Source: Felis catus
Lineage: Eukaryota
DNA: 64,000 nucleotides
Assembly: GCF_018350175.1 (NCBI RefSeq)
Contig: NC_058368.1
Coordinates: 118,732,001-118,796,000, forward strand
Direction: 5' to 3'
In this document: piece after piece, positions 62,728 through 64,000 of the stretch
How positions within the stretch are numbered: the stretch's first letter is position 1
Layout: the number at the start of each line of letters is the position of its first letter
The notes under the pieces: model-generated
The model's database searches: none
The model's input: only the letters and a program-made list of their open reading frames with translations
What the model was told of the DNA's origin: nothing
Position numbers and translations under genes: made by a program

Positions 62728-64000
62728 GGCATCCATCATTCTATATATATACATAAATAAATGTTCTATACCATTGTTGAGATCATGAGTTTTATTGACA
62801 TGATTCTGAAACACAAATAAGCAAACAGCATAATTCTATCAGTAGTTTCAAAAATCAGAGTACTATGGAGTGTGCATTCTATTGTTATGCTAAAATACAA
62901 TAGTCATAGATTTTAAATTGTGGTCATTTTATAGCAAATAAATACATGTTGTTGCTATGAGTAAAACAGAAGCAAACAAATGAAATTCTGTTAGCTGTAA
63001 AAATGGTAGTCTGTACTATAGTAATTGACAGGGGGATTGAAGAGTAAGTTCTTGTAATGGTTTCAAACACCCTGCATTCCAGCCACACCCCCAGATAATT
63101 TCAGCCATGTACTACTGGCCAAGAACCACTTGGATATGCAAGGATGTGAAAAAACATTCAGAACCCACATTGTGTTCATAGAGTATGTCCCTAACGATGC
63201 CTTTAGCCAAAGGCATAATTCTTGTACAAATGAGATAGGAAGCTGGAGGTGTTTCCTCCATATAAAAGCCACTGAAAACAAAAAAGAAAACAAACAAAAA
63301 AGTCTTAAGAACTTTTTAATTGTCCTGTGCTGACCACTAACCAGAGAACAGATGAGTGCAGGCCTCTGGGCCTGGGCTGCTTGCTCTCTTGAACCTGGAA
63401 ATTGTTCCTGGTCAGAGCTCGGGTTCCTGGGTTTGGTTGCAGTTCAGAAGTCATGGCCAGGCCTTGCCTACTAGGTCATTACCGAGGGAGGAGTGTTGTG
63501 GGGAGAGGCCTGAGAAGGCAAGGCCTTGCTTATTTACCAGCTGTAACTATAGAAGAAAGTGAGGACTAGACAGTCAAAAGGAGGCCACACTTTTTCCCAG
63601 GACTCAAGACAGAGTGAAGTGGGAACAGGTATTAAACTGACAAGATAGTAACTTATCCCTCAGCTGACAAATCTTACTGTGTTATAGTAGAGTTGTTTTT
63701 AAGCCTATCCCATCTTGTCAAATACATCGTGAACTCTTGAAGTTAAGGACCTTGGCAGGTGCTAAGTTGTATTCCATTTGTTGTATTTGATTGTGCTGTG
63801 TGCTCAGTAACTTGTTTTTGCCGGATTAATTGAGAAAAAGAGAAACAAGCCATACTCTTCAAATTTAATCTCTTGCATTATATGAATTCCATCTGCTATG
63901 TGAATCCACCGAAGAGAAGACTGGAGGCAGAATTGGGGAATTTACAATGTGTTGAGTCTTATTGAATCTGTTGCTCCATTTCCATTTTCCTTTGCAAATG

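Larger units (their letters stand above)
12192..64000 (+). other. ARHGAP26: Long ARHGAP26 intron downstream of the exon (next constitutive exon, PPNPSPTSPLSPSW..., not reached)
   Basis: Starts with GTAAGT. The Pro/Ser-rich and SH3-coding exons are not found in any ORF in the window. Confidence 0.8.

Noticed and set aside
1..64000. A new multi-gene, CRISPR-like or operon-like system
   Set aside because: The DNA is mammalian intron. There are no regularly spaced repeat-spacer arrays and no long ORFs; recurring 200-bp repeats are CAN-SINEs.

Overview
Mammalian, not microbial, DNA. The carnivore tRNA-derived SINEs are of the felid SINEC_Fc type and there are feline L1 tails, so the source is almost certainly a cat-family genome. 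The window lies inside ARHGAP26 (GRAF1, a BAR-PH-RhoGAP-SH3 protein) on the + strand. It has one securely identifiable coding exon (12038-12191, EQRNSIINSSLES...KPTRPNSL, equivalent to about human exon 20), about 12 kb of upstream intron and about 52 kb of downstream intron. The introns hold about 21 CAN-SINEs (most with readable target-site duplications), L1, MIR, MLT1 and MER fossils, microsatellites and an antisense U6 retrocopy. Almost all ORF-track entries are chance or repeat-derived. I found no support for a new multi-gene system. The best leads are small-scale: a U6-L1 chimeric retrocopy, a 41-bp locally templated insertion inside a SINE, two opposite SINEs inserted at one site (triplicated target), a strong orphan splice acceptor that would truncate ARHGAP26 before its SH3 domain, and a nested 51-bp palindrome. 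Repeat subfamily names and ortholog comparisons come from memory of consensus sequences, not from searches, and boundaries of old repeats are approximate.
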